A stretch of DNA of 64,000 bases from Thermodesulfobacteriota bacterium (lineage in GTDB: Bacteria; Desulfobacterota_D; UBA1144; Nemesobacterales; Mycalebacteriaceae), in contig OZ242184.1 of assembly GCA_965205855.1 (NCBI GenBank), forward strand, positions 886,570 through 950,569. The letters run 5' to 3'. A program made the translations under genes and the position numbers. This document shows, piece after piece, positions 61,431-64,000 of this stretch. Each line of letters begins with the position of its first letter. Position 1 is the stretch's first letter. Under the pieces are notes generated by a model. That model ran no database searches, was not told the origin of the DNA, and saw only the letters and a program-made list of their open reading frames with translations.

Positions 61431-61744
61431 CTTTTTTCGTTTCTCCTCTCGGCTTTGTCTTTGGCAAGAGTATCCACCACCGAGTCAATTGAAATAGCCA
61501 CAAGAGTAATAATCTCAACGGTTCCCCTTGAGCAAAGCTCAACCGACACCTGACCTATGGTTTCATTGTCCGGGGCTTCGACGATATTGACAAAATCGTA
61601 ATGACCGAGAGTGGCATACTGCTCAATAACCTGGACACCGAATTTTTCAAGCTCCCTGTCAACTTCTTTGATTCTCTCCGGCCTTTCCTTGACTGTTTTT
61701 CTTCCTTCGGGCGTTAACTTGCTGAGTAGAATATAGATTGACAA
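61427..61744 (-). CDS. GYD-domain protein.
   Basis: It has a GHYDFV motif, at 105 aa. Confidence 0.6.
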   Translation of the reverse strand: MSIYILLSKLTPEGRKTVKERPERIKEVDRELEKFGVQVIEQYATLGHYDFVNIVEAPDNETIGQVSVELCSRGTVEIITLVAISIDSVVDTLAKDKAERRNEKR

Positions 61745-61800
61745 AACCCTTTCCGTTCCTGTGATATAGTCTTATTTTAATTGTATCGGTTCTTTGCCAC

Positions 61801-62907
61801 ATGACAACAAGGAAAATAAATTCACTCACTCTTACTGCGTTCTTTTTTATGGTTTCGGCGTTTTGGATTGCGGATGCGCACGCTTTGTCGCGCATCGGCA
61901 TTTTCGGCGGGCGGCAAAGCACGGACATCACCGTTGAAAGCTTCAAATGGCAGTCTGGCGGAATCGGCAGAAAAGCGGTTTTTTCGGAAGTAACGCTCCG
62001 CAACAACAGCAATCTGGACTATTCCTCGGTCACATTGAGAGCCCGGCTTCTGGTATCGGGAAAGTCAAGAGGCGGCGTTCGGGGCAAACTGAACACCGCT
62101 TTGAAAGCCTGGGAGATGAAAACATTCAAAAATGTGCGTCTCGGAAGAATGAACTTCAATGCGGACTCCGTCTCGCTTGAGGTTGTCGGCGCAACTCTCG
62201 CGTCAGAGGACGGAAAACGGCGAAACCCTCTCAAAATAACGGATTGGGAATGGAAAAGCGGAGGGCAACAGATGGGAAGCGGAACAATTGAAAAAATTGT
62301 CATAAAAAACCCGTCAAATACTCCGTACGGGAAAGTGCGCATTCTCATAGTTCAGAAAAGAGCGGGAAAAAGACTTCAGGCTTATCCGGTAACGATAAAT
62401 AAAATCGCCCGACCCGGCACGGAGACGGTTTATGAAAACGTGAATCCAGGATTTATCCACCCTTCGGCCGACGAGATTGAAGTCTCCATCGTCTCCGCAT
62501 ATCCGGTCTCGGAAAAACAGATAGCTTTGATGAGCGAAAGAGCCGGAGAGAAAAACACAAAGGCCGTAAAGTTCGGTGGCAAAGCCAAGGCCGTTCCGGG
62601 TTACGATATTGTGGTAAGAGAATTCGAATGGGGAAGCGGAGTCGCCGGTTCGCTGGGGGTTGTCAAATCTCTTGTCTTGACAAATAGAAGCGCTGTCCGA
62701 TATGCGGAAGTTTCCATGGCGGTGGAGTTTCTCTCAAGAAAAGGAACGGTTGTTAACACAAAAGTTTTCAAGATAAAAAAACCACCGACACCCGGAGAAA
62801 CCGTCACTTTCAAAAACTTGAAATTGGGAATTCTAAATTACTCTCCAGAAAAAAGACTGATGAGAATATATGTTAAAGGTGGCAAGAACACAGACTTGGA
62901 ACAATAA
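61801..62907 (+). CDS. Secreted protein with three tandem ~110-aa internal repeats.
   Basis: It has a signal peptide and repeated motifs (EWKSGG/DWEWKSGG/EWGSGVAG ... TFKNVRLG/TFKNLKLG). Confidence 0.55.
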   Translation: MTTRKINSLTLTAFFFMVSAFWIADAHALSRIGIFGGRQSTDITVESFKWQSGGIGRKAVFSEVTLRNNSNLDYSSVTLRARLLVSGKSRGGVRGKLNTALKAWEMKTFKNVRLGRMNFNADSVSLEVVGATLASEDGKRRNPLKITDWEWKSGGQQMGSGTIEKIVIKNPSNTPYGKVRILIVQKRAGKRLQAYPVTINKIARPGTETVYENVNPGFIHPSADEIEVSIVSAYPVSEKQIALMSERAGEKNTKAVKFGGKAKAVPGYDIVVREFEWGSGVAGSLGVVKSLVLTNRSAVRYAEVSMAVEFLSRKGTVVNTKVFKIKKPPTPGETVTFKNLKLGILNYSPEKRLMRIYVKGGKNTDLEQ

Positions 62908-62910
62908 AAA

Positions 62911-63129
62911 TCAGTCCGTTACAAGAGATGCCTTTTTCATAATATCCGCTAAGCTTTCGCTAAACGATTGAGCCCCGCTGAGAGGAATCACTATGCATGA
63001 ACGACCGCCGCTCACTTCGGTTATGCGTACATATTTTCCCTTATGGTTTTCTTTCAAGTCAAAAAAGAACTTTTTCTGTTCTATGTTAATCTGTTTACTG
63101 ATATGGTCTTTTTCAAAATTTCCGCTCAT
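62911..63129 (-). CDS. PUR-alpha-like nucleic-acid-binding protein (DUF3276-like).
   Basis: It has the KQKFFFDLKEN ... GKYVRITE pattern, at 72 aa. Confidence 0.45.
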   Translation of the reverse strand: MSGNFEKDHISKQINIEQKKFFFDLKENHKGKYVRITEVSGGRSCIVIPLSGAQSFSESLADIMKKASLVTD

Positions 63130-63239
63130 TGTTCACTCCCGCTAATTAAGACACTCTGACAGAAATTCTATACTACAAGCAAGCGGAGAAAAATCAAACC
63201 GGCTTGGCAGCCGCGGAAAATGAATTTATATTGCCATAT

Positions 63240-63686
63240 ATGGCGAAAATTAAGATAGAAATGCCGGATTTTTTTCTGTTTTCCACCGATATTACCGTAA
63301 GAATAAACGACATCAACTATGGAATGCACGTTGGGCATGACTCATTTCTTACAATAACCCATGAAGCACGGGTCAGGTTTCTGAGAAGTCTCGGAGCGAC
63401 CGAAGGCGATGTGTTTGGAAAAGGAATAGTGTTGTCTCACGCGGCCCTTTCATACACAAACGAGTCTTTCTACGGAGATGTGATAACGGTCAAAATAGGA
63501 GCCGGAGAGTTTAGTAAATACGGGCTGGAGCTTTTCTATCTGCTTTCCGAAAATACGCGCGAGACAGAGATAGGCAGAGTGCGAACCGGAATTGTCTTCT
63601 TTGACTACAAGAAACGGAAAGTGGCGCGCGTGCCGGCGAAATTCGCGCAAATGATTTCCAGTATCCGCGCGGCCGCGGACATTTGA
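63240..63686 (+). CDS. Hotdog-fold acyl-CoA thioesterase (YbgC/4HBT-like).
   Basis: It has a 4HBT-like fold signature. The ATG at 63240 is preferred over the TTG track start at 63204. Confidence 0.6.
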   Translation: MAKIKIEMPDFFLFSTDITVRINDINYGMHVGHDSFLTITHEARVRFLRSLGATEGDVFGKGIVLSHAALSYTNESFYGDVITVKIGAGEFSKYGLELFYLLSENTRETEIGRVRTGIVFFDYKKRKVARVPAKFAQMISSIRAAADI

Positions 63687-63689
63687 CGC

Positions 63690-64000
63690 CTATTTGCCAT
63701 TCGGGTAATCAACCCTGAACGCAATAAACAGGTTGCCACCCCTTCTCCGGACAAGAAACCGCACCGGCTTGTTTTTATCAATGTCTTTTATCTTTGCGTT
63801 GTAATGGTCTACGGATTTTATCTCATCACCGTTCACCTTAAGCACAATATCCCCACGACGAACACCGGCATCCCACGCGGGACTGTCTCCGCGCACGTTG
63901 ACCACAACAACACCGGAGCGCGAATCCAGAGCGTAACGTTCCGCAAGACCCTGAGTAACCTGAGCAACCCGTATTCCGGTTGAGGAAGATGGCTCTTGCT
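63690..64000 (-). CDS. C-terminal PDZ domain of a larger protein (likely HtrA/DegP-type protease); its 5' end lies beyond the window.
   Basis: It has a PDZ motif (GDSPAWDAGVRRGDIVLKVNGDEI), and the frame is open to the window end. Confidence 0.5.
   Translation of the reverse strand, partial: QEPSSSTGIRVAQVTQGLAERYALDSRSGVVVVNVRGDSPAWDAGVRRGDIVLKVNGDEIKSVDHYNAKIKDIDKNKPVRFLVRRRGGNLFIAFRVDYPNGK

Overview
This looks like a bacterial chromosomal window of about 75 protein-coding genes on both strands, mostly housekeeping, plus four tRNA genes and one accessory island. Genes seen: mgtE, recO, argJ, pyrD, ychF, cysK, ftsH, folP, cdaA-cdaR-glmM, pdxJ, acpS, folC, rpe, glnS, ilvE, der, ybeY, scpAB, xerC/D, ahcY, metK, hemB, rpmE, alaS, rpmA, rplU, thpR, lgt, hisCD, ptsH, a futalosine-pathway radical SAM gene, efp and mutL. 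The tRNAs are a His/Arg/Pro cluster at 6871-7131 and tRNA-Asn at 38457-38532. The island spans roughly 42.8-52.1 kb, between rplU and the 3' end of thpR. It is built from three direct copies of the thpR 3'-terminal sequence, each sitting immediately upstream of a cargo module. Module 1 is a tightly coupled four-gene Type III restriction-modification (R-M)-like operon: mod, a membrane-anchored 185-aa unknown, res, and a Gp37/Gp68 (DUF5131)-like three-Cys protein. Its mod gene is split by a G7 homopolymer tract in its 5' region, so an upstream ATG mini-ORF terminates just past the tract; this is a candidate phase-variable mod, currently OFF. Module 2 is a Dam-like (D12-class) N6-adenine methyltransferase preceded by a candidate restriction gene that appears split into 69-aa and 225-aa ORFs by a frameshift, with an IS1380-like transposase C-terminal fragment alongside. 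Module 3 is an AT-rich membrane-protein gene. The embedded unknown gene and the DUF5131 partner inside the Type III operon are the most likely previously undescribed system. All calls rest on motifs I recognise by eye; no database search was possible.
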